Of a stretch of DNA of 64,000 nucleotides, positions 12,461 through 25,621 are shown in pieces. Where the stretch lies: the NCBI RefSeq assembly GCF_018350175.1, contig NC_058383.1:5768001-5832000 (forward strand). The letters run 5' to 3'. A program made the translations under genes and the position numbers. The number at the start of each line of letters is the position of its first letter. Position 1 is the stretch's first letter. The notes under the pieces were generated by a model. It was not told the origin of the DNA. It did not search any database and saw only the letters and a list, made by a program, of their open reading frames with translations. This stretch comes from Felis catus (taxonomy: Eukaryota).

Positions 12461-14808
12461 AAAAGTGCTACTGGCCTCTAAGCACTTATACCCATGTAGC
12501 TGTCAGCAGCAACTTCCCTTCCTAGAGTGAAAATCAATTAGACCCATTACTAGAAAAAGATAACCCAGCTATTTTGAGATAAATCTCCTGCTGGATTAGC
12601 AGCTATCTTTCCAGCTATGATTGGGGAAGGAGTTTCGCAAATGTTTCTCCAGGCAAAAAAAAGTCTTTTCTGTGTCCTCCTGTAAGGGTAGTTTCATAGG
12701 AAATCTTTAGCACACAGAGAAAATTCCCTATGAAAGTTTTGCTAGGATTTAAACGTTGCTTTGCCTTCATTCTTCCTTTCCTTTCTTCATCCATAATCCA
12801 GACTTTGGTTTATAAGTATTTCTGTAAAAGCAGTCCTTCAGAGTGCAAAGGGCATGCCAGAAATGAAGCCATGAAACCCCCAAGGTTACAAGGCTCCATC
12901 CCTTGCAACATGACTGGAACAAGAAAAGCTAATGGGCCAGTGATAAGCAAAGCACCAGGCCATCTCTTTGGGCTTATCTTCTCCCGGAAGAATATTCTCT
13001 GACTGTTCTGAGAGCACCTATTAGAGCTCCTTAAGACCCAACCAACCAAGAGATGAGAACCGGTGTGATCATCCAGAAAATTATGTATTGTTCCCTCTTA
13101 AGATACACTACTAGAAGCAATCACATCTCCATGACCTTTCAGTTCATTGTTTAAAGAAACAGATTTCTCTGACAAACATCACTTTCTCTATTCACTACTC
13201 ATTTAGACAGCAAGAATTGTTCTGAAGCAAAAGCACAGTTAAGCAAAACAAAAAGATCCTACACTGGTGGGAGAAAGTAAGAAGTGTGTTCTATAACTGT
13301 TCAAACTTTTTGATGAGTTTATCAAGCCTATCATGAAAAGTCCCAGAGCTATCCCACCCAGTAATTTAGTATAAGAATTTAGGTATTCAACTGTTTTGTT
13401 TAAGTGTGGAGGGCAACTTGAGTTCATAACCATCCTTGATAAAACAACTTTAAGAAAAAGTAATGGCCTGAATCCTTTCAACACTACAAAGTTTCATTCT
13501 ATTTTAAATACTAAACAAAAAGTTTTACATTTACCTAGAATTATTTGAAACCACCTTTCCTTATAGTTTAAGTGCAGATGATTATCCTGGGTCCAAGGTC
13601 CAACAGGTGCTATAACTCCATATAGTTTTGGATTTCTTGGCAGTGCCAAGAAAGTTTCCAGGAACGAAAGCACACATTCCTAGCCTTGGCAATGAGCAAC
13701 CTATCAGACACTGTAACAATGTCTGGCCCACACTGGCTTCAGTTGACAGGGGACCTGGGGACCATGCCCGAGAATCCAAGCAACTTTTGGACCTTACACG
13801 TGCGAGAGAGTAGTACCTGGGAGACTGAAGTAAATGAACTCAGGATCCATTTTTGCTTGGTTCACAGAGGTCCATGTTCTTGTTTCAAAGAATGGAAACA
13901 CAATCCTCCCTATAGCCACAGTACCAAGATGACTATCACAGAACTCTCAATCGGAATCTGAAAATGGGCCTCTCTTCTGGTATTTTCCTATGGTGGGGGG
14001 CAGGAAGGGTATCATGGCAAGTACAAGATAACATGTACTTAGGCTTCGTTCCACTAACTCTTTAAAGTCCTTCTCGTGTTTGGGTCTTTGAAACAACTAT
14101 ACATGTGTTGAATCTTTATTATATACTTACAATGAACTCAGTCCTATGCTGGACACACAGATGTGTCCAACACATGTGTTGCCCTTGAAAACACATGATC
14201 TAATAGGGAGACCGATTAGGTATCAAAAAAACACCAAGGCAATTCAGATTGACATGTGAAAATAAGAAATGCAGACATCTTTAATATTATTTGAATATCA
14301 CTTAGAAATATACAACTTTATCACAGATAAACAGTATATAATAAGGAAACAGTAATGATTAACTTATTGAGTTTAAAATAGCTGTCAACAGATATATACT
14401 TTGCAGGCTAGAGAGCACACTAGACTGTTTGGTTAAGTGTTCTTACTGCCTACTTATTGTTTTTGAAAAGGTGTATCATGGAGTAAAAATCAAGCAATGA
14501 ATTTACAGGAAAGAATTTCTCATGGGCTGAGTCACATTTGTTTAGAAAGTCTTAAGTACTCAATGGGTTACAGGAACTTTACTAGATCAAAGTAAATTGC
14601 TGATTTCATACAGCAAGTGACATTCTCTTTTTAGTTTGCTAGTTCTTTCTAAATGCTACTCTTACATTGTATCTGGAATAATTCTAGTTGAATTTCCCTC
14701 ACCCAGACCCTGTGAGATGGATCATTCTGTTTTGCATTAAAACTGCAGCCCTTGCAATCTGAGAAATATTGTTCAAAAACCTAAAATAATTTAAAAACAG
14801 TTCAAGTT

Positions 14809-15213
14809 GGGGGCACCCGAGTGGCTCAGTTAAGCATCTGACTCTTGATTCGGTTCAGGTCATGATCTCACAGTTCAGGAGATGGAGCCCCGACAGAGCC
14901 TACTTGGGATTCTCTCTTCCTCTCTCTCTGCCCCTCTTCTTGTGTATATGCGCGCGCGCACTCTCTCTCTCTCTCTCTCAAAATAAATATTTAAAAAACA
15001 AATAGTTCAGGGGCGACTGGGTGGCTCAGTCTGTTGAGCGTCTGACTTAGTCTCAGGTCATGATCTCATGGTTCATGGGTTCGATCCCCGCATCAGCTTA
15101 GAGCCTGCAGCCTGTTTTGGATTCTGTGTCTCCCTCTCTCTCTCCCACTCTCTCTCTGCCCCTCCCCTGCTTGTGGTCTGTCTCTCTCAAAAATAAAATG
15201 TTAAAAAAAAATT
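14809..15213 (+). mobile_element. Two head-to-tail carnivore SINEs (14809-14992 and 15010-15213)
   Basis: The second copy has TSD AAAAAACAAATAGTTCA, which overlaps the tail of the first. Confidence 0.9.
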
Positions 15214-15368
15214 AAAAAACAAATAGTTCAAATTCATTACATGTAGTTCTCAGATAACAGTGAGGGGAATCAAAACTTCTAATTTTTTCGTTTTGTTTCT
15301 CATCTACTTCTCTCTTAAACCCAACTTTCCAAGACTTCTTAAAACTTGCCTTAAAAACTCCTCTTGAT

Positions 15369-15580
15369 GGGGCACCTGGGTGGCTCAGTCGGTTAAGCAT
15401 CCGACTTTGGCTCAGGTCATGGTTTCACGGTTCATGAGTTCGAGCCCCACATCAGGCTCTGTGCTGACAGATCAGAGCCTGGAGCCTGCTTCGGATTCTG
15501 TGTCTCCCTCTCTCTCTGCCCCTCTTCTGTTTGTACTCTCTCTCAAAAATAAATAAACGTTAAAAAAAAATTAAAAAAAA
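15369..15580 (+). mobile_element. Carnivore SINE
   Basis: Full structure; TSD-like CTCCTCTTGA. Confidence 0.95.
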
Positions 15581-16584
15581 CCCTCCTCTTGAACTTAATC
15601 CACACATGCATTTATTTTTTTCCTTTCTTCCAATACCAAAACAAAACAAAGTCAAAAGAATTGAACTGGTAAAGGCAGGACCTCGCTGGGAGAGAGGGTG
15701 GGGAAGGAACAAGGAAACAGAATTGATGATACTGGGCAAACCAAGGTAGAGATGAAATGCTGGAGAGACTAAAACCTTGGTGCTGTTGACCTGTCATAAG
15801 CTATAAACTCTAGAAAAGCACAGACTTTTTTTCTTCATTGTGGGTCCTAGTGGTAACCACAGTGCTTGGCACAACTGTGGTGCCTAAGAAAACAGGTGAA
15901 GAGTGAATGTAGGCAATAAGCTTGGCACATACATAACAGATGCTCAAAACATTGTAGCTATTATTACCAGTGCTATCTCAGTCCCACTGGCCCCCAAAGT
16001 GAGGATTTTAGCTACAACTGCGTGATAAGCATAGGTCTTCAGTATTTATTCAAAAATTGTTTTGAGTTCTTACTATGCACCAGCACAATAGGAGATTAAA
16101 AAATTAAAAAAAAAAAAAAAACCCTCAAGAAGTATATAGCTCATTGACAGAAAAATTTGTACCAATAATTTCAACACTATTCTTTTATCAAATATTTACT
16201 CAGCTCTGCCTATGTGTCAGTTACTCTACTAGATACTGGAGATAAGCAGTAAACAAAATAGATGAAAATCAATGCTCTTACAGTGATAATACTCCAGTAA
16301 ATATATGCTACTGCTACTAACAACACTGTTCTAAAAGCTTTCTGTATTACAATGTTCAGTCTGCACAATAACCACATGAGATAGGTACTATTATCATCCT
16401 TATTTACAGATGAGAAAACTAAAGCACGAGGTCAAATGGAGTAACATGACATTAAGTACATATAAAAATCTGGGATAAGGCAAATGGATGCGTTAGCTGA
16501 ATATCAAGCTGTCTTCTCAAAGAGTGAAACAATTGGACTGCATGTCCTAATAGAACAATGTCTTGCATGTTTAAAGTGTGTTTA

Positions 16585-16810
16585 GGGGAGCCTGGGCGGC
16601 TCAGTCCCTTAAGCATCTGACTTCGGCTCAGGTCATGATACTTGAGATTTGTGGGTGTGAGCCCCCATCGGACTCTGTGCCGACAGCTCAGAGCCTGGAG
16701 CCTGCTTGGGATTCTGTGTCTCCCTCTCTCTCTGCACTCTCCCTGGCTCATGGTCTGTCTCTGTCTCTGTCTCTCTCTCTCTCAGAAATAAACATTAAAA
16801 AAATTTTTTA
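16585..16810 (+). mobile_element. Carnivore SINE
   Basis: Full structure. Confidence 0.95.
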
Positions 16811-18559
16811 AGTGTCTTTACACATTTAGAAATATATTCTACTGTCAGACACAGTTGGTATCCTGTACCTTAAGCTTCTTCAAATATAAGATGAAGCCCA
16901 TGATAAAATATACCATTTGGTCAATTAAATCCATTAATATTAAAGAAAACATAGATAGATACAGATAGATAGATATACAGGAGTGCCTGGCTGGCTTAGT
17001 CAGTAAAACATGCAAGATATATATATATACGTACAGCACAGTGCTTAAGTAAAAGGAATTATCATTGTGATTTTCCTGATTTTCTTTTCTCTGTAGTCAG
17101 AAACAGACTGTTCTACTAGCTTAGGTCTCAGACATGTGAACCTGGTAATATGAAGGTGAGCAGAGTTGTGTCCTGCACACCTCTTGCCTCCTGCACACAG
17201 GCAGGGGCTTCCCTCCTAACTCAGTATGGAGCTGTTCCATCCTCAAGTCCAAAGAGACACACTTTCGGTGACTAGTAGTCAGACTTGTCATCTGAGATCT
17301 GACCACCAACTCCAACGTTTTTCATGTTTGTTATTCTAACAATGTGTTTCTAATCATCTGAGCTTTTATCCCTACTTACTTTTGACAGGTTATTACTACT
17401 TTTGCACCTTTTCTCGTCCTTATTACAGCTTTCATACCTTTCAAGGCTACAGCTGCACCTTGAAAGGGATCAGCTGCTTGCAACATCAGGCATAAGATGC
17501 TTAAAGATAGTTGTAAGAACTGGAATTTGGGGTTCTCAGGTTTGCTGAATTCTTTTTCTGTTGCCCTCATGTCTCAGGTTAGTAAACGCTAAAAATATAC
17601 TCCCATAAGTAGTAATTAAAAGAAAAACGATGAGACTTTAAACTAGGTTTACCTATGAAAGGCTAATTTCCAAAACAGAGGTAGAAAATGGCACATTTTA
17701 GCTTAGTTTTCAAAAACTTTTCACCCATGAAAATGGTATGTCAATTTCTGTTTTAAGCTTAAAATTATAAAAGTAATCTACTCATGTAAAGAAAATATAA
17801 ACACTCTAGAAGGTAGAGTGTAAGTGATAAGTAAAAATCTCCCTCCCCCTGCCCTAGAGTTTAACCTCAACTATACTTGGGTATTTTTGGTGAAGAAATT
17901 GCTATGGCTTACGGACTTTTTAGTCTCTAATCCCCATATAAATAAAAAGTGTAAGCAACAAATCTGAGGGTATCTTCACCCACAGGCTGTTCTACTTAAA
18001 GCATATGTAGCTTTACAAGGCTGTGAGCAATCAGATCTCTGAGGGGTGCTCATTTGTTTTGCTCCCTGGATTGGGAACACGTTCTGGTAATATTTTTAAT
18101 TTACTGTTGAAAGAGGAACCAGCAACTTTTTATCTCATTTACACAAGTCTCACCTTTATCCACAAAGATTTGAGGCAGCTCCTAAAACCAGAACCCAGTC
18201 CCTAAAATAATAAACCTGAAAAACAGACTCAAGTTTTGGAAAACATAAATAGAACTATAAAATCAAGGCTGAGGAAAATAAGAACAAAAGTACACAGGCT
18301 TGAAGAGCCACAGAGATGTAATTATTCTGTACACATCTATAAGTACAAAGTTAATTGGGGAAATTATACCCAATAGTGGAAGACATGAAATCTCAGGTCT
18401 TGTCCTGGCCAATGTCCATAAGCTACTATACATTATAGCTATACTCGTCTTACTAAAAGCAAAAAGCAAAAACCCTGTATAGGTTATAAAAAAGGAAGTG
18501 ACTTTAAAAGACCTACTTAATTGGTTAGGGTTAAGGAAGGTGCATTCTCAAACAATCAG

Positions 18560-18935
18560 ATTAAGCACAACTTGGGGCATGTTCTTCTGGAGGGCATTTT
18601 GCAATGTGTAGCAAATATGCTTTAAAATGTACCTAACCTTTGACCCACAACTCCCTTCTGGGCATTCAGCTTAAGGAAAACATCACGGATTTGTGCAAAG
18701 CTTTACCTACAATGATACTTGCTACAGTGCTTTAACAGCAAAGTGCTGGCAACAATCTTATGTCCAGTAAAAGGGGACTGGATCGATAAATTGTTGAAGA
18801 ATGGAGTACTGTAGAGTCATCAAACTGGTGAGGCATAGAATACTGACACCAAGATGGACTGGAAAATATTGAAAAGAGTGACAGTGAGAGTCGACAATGT
18901 TATCTCTGCGTTGTGGGATCCCAGGTGACTTTTAC
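18560..18935 (+). mobile_element. Old L1ME-like fragment
   Basis: ttctggagggcattttgcaatg...cctttgaccca motif. Confidence 0.55.
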
Positions 18936-19215
18936 TTCCAGTGTGAATCCTCACAGAAATCTTGGAAATTTTCTAGTATCTGAAAAATACAGCTTTCAGA
19001 AGCCTCTGAAATTTAAGCCAACACATACACATAAATAAATAAAATATGAATGTGGGAAATGCTGAGAAGTATGATTTGGGGGACTTGTTCTCACGCATGA
19101 ACAAACCAGGTGGGGGAAAAAGACTCAAATTAAAAGTGTCATTTCCTTTAGAAAGTCCTAGTCTTCAAACCTCTTGCTGTAACTCACTGAAATTCTTTTT
19201 TAAAAACTAGTCTAT

Positions 19216-19403
19216 GGATGCCTGGGTGGCTCAGTCAGTTGAGCATTTGACTCTTGATTTCAACTCAGGTCACGATCCCAGGGTCGTGGGATGGAGACCC
19301 ACATGGGGCTCTGAGCTGAGCATGGAGCCTGCTTAAGATTCTCTCTCCCTCCCTCTGCCCCTCTCCCCTGCTTGCATGCTCTCTAAAATAAAAAAATAAC
19401 AAG
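19216..19403 (+). mobile_element. Carnivore SINE (older subtype)
   Basis: TSD TAAAAACTAGTCTAT. Confidence 0.93.
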
Positions 19404-19501
19404 TAAAAACTAGTCTATTGCACCTATAATAGTAAAGTAGGCACATTTTCAAGAAAAGTCACACAAAAAGAAAAGTTACTCTCATTAACACTCATAATAA
19501 C

Positions 19502-19720
19502 AGGGCACCTGGGTGGCTCAGTCAGCTAAGCATCTGACTTTGGCTCAGGTCATGATCTCATGGTTCCTAGGTTCGAGCCCTGCGTCAGGCACTGTGATGA
19601 CAGCCTGGAGCCTGCTTTGGATTCTGTGTCTCCCTCTCCCTCTCTGCAACCCCCCCCCCCCAACTCATGCTCTGTTTCTCTCTCAAAAATAAATAGAAAA
19701 CATTAAAAATTAAAAGAAAA
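19502..19720 (+). mobile_element. Carnivore SINE
   Basis: Full structure. Confidence 0.93.
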
Positions 19721-20069
19721 ACCCTCAAATTAGCAAGAAAATTCAATTAATCATAACTCTGCACCCCCTCTTCCAGCATTCGGAAAGTTTGTTAAGACAT
19801 GGCTCACCTATGCCCTCAAAACCCCTTATGAAATAAAACTTTTTGATGTGCACAACTATGATAGTTTTATAGCCTAATAAATTTATGTTTTACTCTACTC
19901 AATACCACAGTTGTATGGCCCTCTCTCAGACCCACATTCCCTAGGTCCTCAGTTCTACTTTCTGACATTAAAAATCTCCTAGGGAGTCAGGCTTCTGCTT
20001 CGGCTGCAGACATCCAACCCGCAAACTTGGAGCAAATGGTTTTGTTTTGAATTTTAACATTTTATTTGC

Positions 20070-20700
20070 ATACACCCATCAGGGTGGCCAAAATTAAAGG
20101 CAAAGAAAATATCAACTGTTGCCAAGGATGAGCTACTGGAACTCTGGTACAACCACTTTGGAAAACTGCTTGGTGGTTTCTACCAACACTAAATATTCAA
20201 ATACTTTATAACTCAGCAATTCTACTCCCATGTATATATCCAAGAGAAATGAGGGCCTATGGTCATTAGACATGTATTAGAATGTTCATAGCAGCACTAT
20301 TCATAATACCCTGGAGTAGTTGGAAAACAATCCAAACGCCCCTCAGGAGAATAGATAAATCTTGATACATTCACACAGTGCAATACTACACAGTAAAAAG
20401 AATGAACTAATTACAATTACTCCGCCATGGGCATATCTTACAAACACACTGGGTGAAAGAAGACAAAATGGGCTAAACTAATCAGTGCTGTTAGAAGTTA
20501 AGGAAGTTATCTTGGAGGGAGTACAGAGGGAAGGGGGCGTGAAAGGGCCTTCAAGGGGGGCTGGGCATGGTCTGCATCTTGATCTGGGTGCTAGTTATAC
20601 TCATGTGTTCACTTCGTGATGGTTTTATGAGCTATTTACACCAAAGCACACCTTTCAACACATGTATTGCAGTTCAATAAAAAGTTTAGGAAATAAAAAA
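20070..20700 (+). mobile_element. LINE-1 3' end (L1ME/MD-like)
   Basis: ggtacaaccactttggaaaac, aatgttcatagcagcactattcataat and terminal caataaaaagttt. Confidence 0.8.
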
Positions 20701-21550
20701 TATACCTGCAAATGTCAACAGATAAGTTAAATCAATGTTTATACAACTTTTACAATAATTTTTGCTTTTAAATTACAGAATAAATAGCCATGTGGACTGG
20801 TGATAAAACCAAAAATCCAATTTGTTGACATTCCATGCACATCAGGTTTCCCCTGCAGGCCTGCCTGTGGCTCATTACAAGAGAAGTGCCAAGCAAGAAT
20901 TAATGCCCAATACTGGCATAATGTCACAAATTTTAATTCAGAAGCAACCTGAAACTTGTGAATGGCGTCCCCTGGCCAAGGGTCCCAGCCTTCCAAGCTT
21001 CATAATAAAGGACACTGCTCTGTCTACATAGCAATAATGTTAATATAGTTCTAAAACCTCCTTCCAATCAGGAAAAATGTTATGACAAAAAAAGACAACC
21101 ATGGTTTGGCTTTGTATTTTCACTTCACTGGACAAAAAGCTACAATACCAGGCTGTTCAGTTTAATACTGACACCTGGCAACGCTTTCGGCTGCTACCTG
21201 GCACCTGATTCTTACTGCCTACTTTTATAGTCATCATGGAGCCAAGAGCAAGCTGTCTGGGCTTCTGCAAATCCCATTTTATCTTCAGCATACCTGAAGA
21301 AACCATTACAGGAACAGATGAAGATACCAAATAGTGTATACAGATAACTACAGCAATAAACACATGAGCTAGACCCATACACCACAGGCCACTCTGGAAG
21401 CCAACCAGGCAGGGACTTTCACTTACACGTCCCAATTAAACCCAAGTCCAGAAAATAAAAAACCATTAAACAGACAAAACCTAGTATATACACCTGATAA
21501 AAGAACCTCATTTTCTTATTGAACAAATTTTTATTCAAAACAGAGATGAT

Positions 21551-21762
21551 GAGCGGCACCTGGGTGGCTCAGTCAATTAAGCGTCTGACTTGGGCTCAGG
21601 GCATGATCTCAAGGTTTGTGGGTTCGAGCCCCACATCGGGCTCTGTGCTGCCAGCTCAGAGCCTGGAGCCTGCTTCAGATTCTGTGTCTCCCTTTCTCTC
21701 TGCCCCTCCCCAACTCACGTTCTGTCTCTGTCTCTCAAAAATAAATAAAAAAAAATTTTTTA
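21551..21762 (+). mobile_element. Carnivore SINE
   Basis: TSD AAAACARAGATGATGA. Confidence 0.95.
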
Positions 21763-22079
21763 AAAAACAAAGATGATGAACAAAATGGCAGAAAACTTTG
21801 GTGACATCTTAGGTCACCAAATTATGAAAAGGCATTTGATTTGTGCATTTGTTGGCCACTAGAAACCAAACCACTATACCCAAAGGAGAGGAATGGAGGC
21901 TGGCAGGGTAAATGGCATGTGGATGCTGGTCACCCCTAGACTGTCAGCCTCAGTTTCTTAACAGTAAACAAAATCCATATCCACCTCAAAGGCTGATGTA
22001 TACTTAGAATGAAACAAATGCTTTATGGAAAGTGTCAAGGGGGGTGGAGGGGCTAGTATAGGTGTTTACTAAGTAAATC

Positions 22080-22370
22080 AAATAAATGTTCACATAATCA
22101 ACAAACCCTCATGCCTACTACATGACAAGAAGTGTTCAGAATATAACAAAGCCAAGCGCTTTCCTTTGGGAGCTCACATTTTAGTTAGAGGGGGATGAGA
22201 GATAAACGAATAAAATAAATATGTTGTGTAGAATATCCTAAGGTAGTAAGCACTTCATGGGAAAGGTAAAGTTAGGTGGGATTGGGAGATGGATGGTGTT
22301 GTCTACAATTTTAAAGAGTGGTTTGAGCAGGCCTCTCTGAGACCGGGACATTTAAACAAAGACTTATGTG
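22080..22370 (-). mobile_element. L2 fragment
   Basis: ggagctcacattttag...ggcctctctgag...acatttaaacaaagac. Confidence 0.55.
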
Positions 22371-23429
22371 TCCCTTCCCTCCCACCCTCTTTTTAAGTAA
22401 CACTTCCCCCCCTTCACTGCTGCTTAGCAAGATTAATGCAGGTATGACATCCCTGGATGACATCACACCCACCCCTCCTCAACTTCCTACCGCTTTAACA
22501 GTTCTAACTTCTAGGAAGGTTGTGGTTACTATTAATTAAAGGTTTTTTTTTTAAATGTATTTCTTCCTCGTACCAGTAAAGCATGTACTCATCAGAAAAT
22601 CACACAAAATCACAAGCAAGCACTGAGGGCAAATTACGGGCATACTATGTGGAGAAGGGGAGGGATCTTTGGGAACTCTAATTAGCAACAGTAACCTTGC
22701 TTGACATTTTGGGGCTTATTATCATACCATTTGTTTGTGAAGCTGTAAAACACACACCCTCCTGGGATTCAGCATAGGTCTGGAATAATCTTTTGTCTAA
22801 GTATACATTTTAGAAAACCCAGTAAATATGTAAATAAATACTGAAAGATACTTAATACTGCATACAGAGAGTCACACTACTTTATAATCCCCCACTTTCT
22901 CTAAAGATTTTATTCCTTTATTCCAAAGCTGGAGAAATTTGAGTATTTAAAAAAAAAAATCTAAAATCCATACTAGCTGCAAGCCATTAAATCTCATTTG
23001 CAGGTGGCTTTTGTAACTGCACCTGGTTAGGTTATGTTTCCATTAGTTAAACACTGTAGATTGTTAGGTAACATAAAGGAAATCTCTTAAAAAAACAAAA
23101 AACAAAACAAAACAAAAAACTAGAATCATCAACACTGCCAGATTTTTACCATATTAAGCTTAAATTGTTTTCAGTTTTGGTCATCAGGGGTGGCGTGGGG
23201 AAGAACTCAATGAGAAGGTGGGGCAGGATTGCAGGCTTTCAACCAGACCTGCAAATGTAAAATTTCACTATGCATTTCCACCATAGCCCAAGCATGAGCC
23301 AGCAGCATTCCCCTCCTAGACTATATATAAACTTGCTGTCTGGAGCTGTAAATTCTTTTACCACCATTCAACATAAAAAACACGACACCAAAACATTAAC
23401 GGAAAAATGGGCATTAAAGTCAATCAACA

Positions 23430-23657
23430 GGGGCACCTGAGTGGCTCAGTCAGTTGGGCATCCAGCTTCAGTTCAGGGCACGATCTCACGGTTGGTGGGT
23501 TCGAGCCCCTCATCGGGCTCGGTGCTGGCAGCTCCGAGCCCGGAGCCTGCTTCAGATTCTGTGTCTCCCTCTCTCTCTGCCCCTCCCCAACTCGCACTCT
23601 GTCTCTGTCTCTTGAAAATAAATAAACGTTAAAAAAAAAAAAAAATTTTTTTTTAAG
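23430..23657 (+). mobile_element. Carnivore SINE
   Basis: TSD AAAGTCAATCAACA. Confidence 0.95.
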
Positions 23658-25373
23658 AAAGTCAATCAACAAACATTTTGTGAGCTTTCAACGTGTTTTA
23701 AGACACTTGGGAATGGAAAGCCATAAGTAACTGGTCTCTGACATTCAGGGTATTACAACTTTTCAAAATATGAGAATGATTTGCACGGCCTCATGTCTAC
23801 AAATATGTAGCACCCAAACAATGAAATCCAAGCTTCTTGCATCCTGCCCCAGTTCTCTGGGGCTGGCATTTGTGACACTACAACTCACTTGAGCACAGCC
23901 CCTCCACTGAGTCACTGCTAAAAGTGAAAGGAAAAAGTGGGAGAAAAAACAGAGTTACTTCGGAGCATCTGATCGCCTGTCTCAAATTGATCTCTCATCC
24001 CAGATTGGAAAGATCTACGTGCCTGTCTTCCTGGAGGCAGGAAGATAGGAACTTGGGTGCTCACGGTGTTTTCGTGCCCCAGTGGACACTCAGACTGCCT
24101 GATATCTGCAATGATCCGCATTCCTCAATTGCGCTGGGCTTTTCCTTAACTGACGCTCGCAGGAGTGGCTCCAATCCCGCGGGTCTTAGAGTAAGAATGT
24201 TTTATTTACACACCGTCAACACCCCACACTGCCAGCCCCACCACCTTCAGGATCACTTAAATATTAACAATCTCAATACAAATGTAAAACTTTAACATTC
24301 AAGTTTCTGCGATTTCTAAAAACTGCCTTGTGTCAAGGAAACAGTTACTGGTGAGACCAAAAATGCTGTGTCCACTGCGTCTAGCATAACTTTCTAGAAA
24401 ATATAATTCACGTTACCCATTTGTGTATTCAGAAGAAGGGAATCAATTATTTTGAACTCAAAAGACAGATGACGACTATATTTTCACACTCGTCTTTATT
24501 CCTTTCCTATAAAAGTCAATGAACTCCTCTGATTTCAAGAATTCACTCAGACCTTTCAACCCTAGAGACTAAATTTTAGGGCTAAAAAAAAAAAAAAAAA
24601 GTCTATAAAAGTGACCAAAAGGTGGGCCTTAAAAATGGCTACAAATGAATTTAGAGAACTTGAATTTTGAATTAAAACAGAAGTTGTTTGGTAGTCTATT
24701 AATAGCAGATGATTAAGCACGTATCTTATTTCAACTGGAATTCTTTTACAAGCACTTAAACGTACTAAACTGGCCACTAATCCCAAATCTGTGTCTGCTT
24801 CTGGGAAAAAAAAAAAAAACGCTTTCATAATAAAGACAAGTTAAGAGCGTGACCGTCAACGCATTCCTTCAGGTAAGGTCCATTTTCATTAGAACCTCGG
24901 GGGCGGCCGGGGGGAGGGGTCCTGGGACCCCGGTCGCCTCCCGGGACAATCGCCCAGCGGAATGCGGCGCCGCGCGAGGCAGGGTCCCCGAGCCCGCGGC
25001 GCCCCCCGGACGCACCTGGCGCGGCCCGAGCACAGCGCGCCGCTCGCCCACCTCCTCGCAGGCAGGAAAGTGGCGCTGCTCCCGGGCCCCCGAGAGCCCG
25101 GGCGCAGCGGCCCCCCAGGGGCGGGACACTCTCCCCTCACCCCCACGTCTGGCTGTGAAACGTGTGGCTAGCAGGGCGTCACAGCGCCGGGAGGGGGAGG
25201 GTGTTCCCGCGTCAAGTCCCCTCCTCGCCCCGACCTTTCCCCGGGCGACGACCGCGAGCCGCCGCGGGGCCTCCCCGCTTCCCCGGCCTCGACCTCCCAG
25301 CCCGTGCCTTCCCGGGCCCCGAGCCTCCCGCCCTCGAACGGCGAGGCCCCGGGACCGTCCTGGACTCGCTTAC

Positions 25374-25424
25374 CCGGTAGGTGTTCTCCGTGAGCCGGTT
25401 CACCTCCTCCGGTCCCCGCGACAT
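25374..25424 (-). CDS. BAIAP2L1: BAIAP2L1 (IRTKS, I-BAR/IMD-SH3 adaptor) coding exon 1
   Basis: Translates to MSRGPEEVNRLTENTYR, the IRTKS N-terminus. The ATG is in GCAGCCATG context; 51 nt are followed by the donor CGG|GTAAGC (phase 0); it lies inside a CpG island. Confidence 0.97.
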
Positions 25425-25603
25425 GGCTGCAGCCGCCCGGCGGGGCGACGCGGGACGACGCGGCGGGGCCTCGTGGCCGCCCGACCCTGGGCGGCGGGAG
25501 CGCCGGTGCGGCTGAGGAGCCCTCGAAGGTCGGCCGCTGCCACAGCCGTCGGTCCCGCAGTGCCGGCGCGCTCCTCCGCCGCCAAAATGTCAAAAGTTGT
25601 AGC

Positions 25604-25621
25604 GCCGCCGCCGCCGCCGCC
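25604..25621. repeat. (GCC)6 trinucleotide run in the probable 5' UTR
   Basis: Read directly from sequence. Confidence 0.85.

Larger units (their letters stand above)
450..25373 (-). other. BAIAP2L1: BAIAP2L1 intron 1 (~24.9 kb, GT-AG)
   Basis: Bounded by the GT donor at 25373-25372 and the AG acceptor at 451-450; rich in repeats. Confidence 0.93.

Noticed and set aside
14167..14180. Perfect 14-bp palindrome CAACACATGTGTTG
   Set aside because: A few palindromes of this length are expected by chance in 64 kb, and there is no supporting context.
24870..24880. Plus-strand donor-like CAG|GTAAGG suggesting an antisense exon
   Set aside because: An isolated motif without a supportable exon or promoter.
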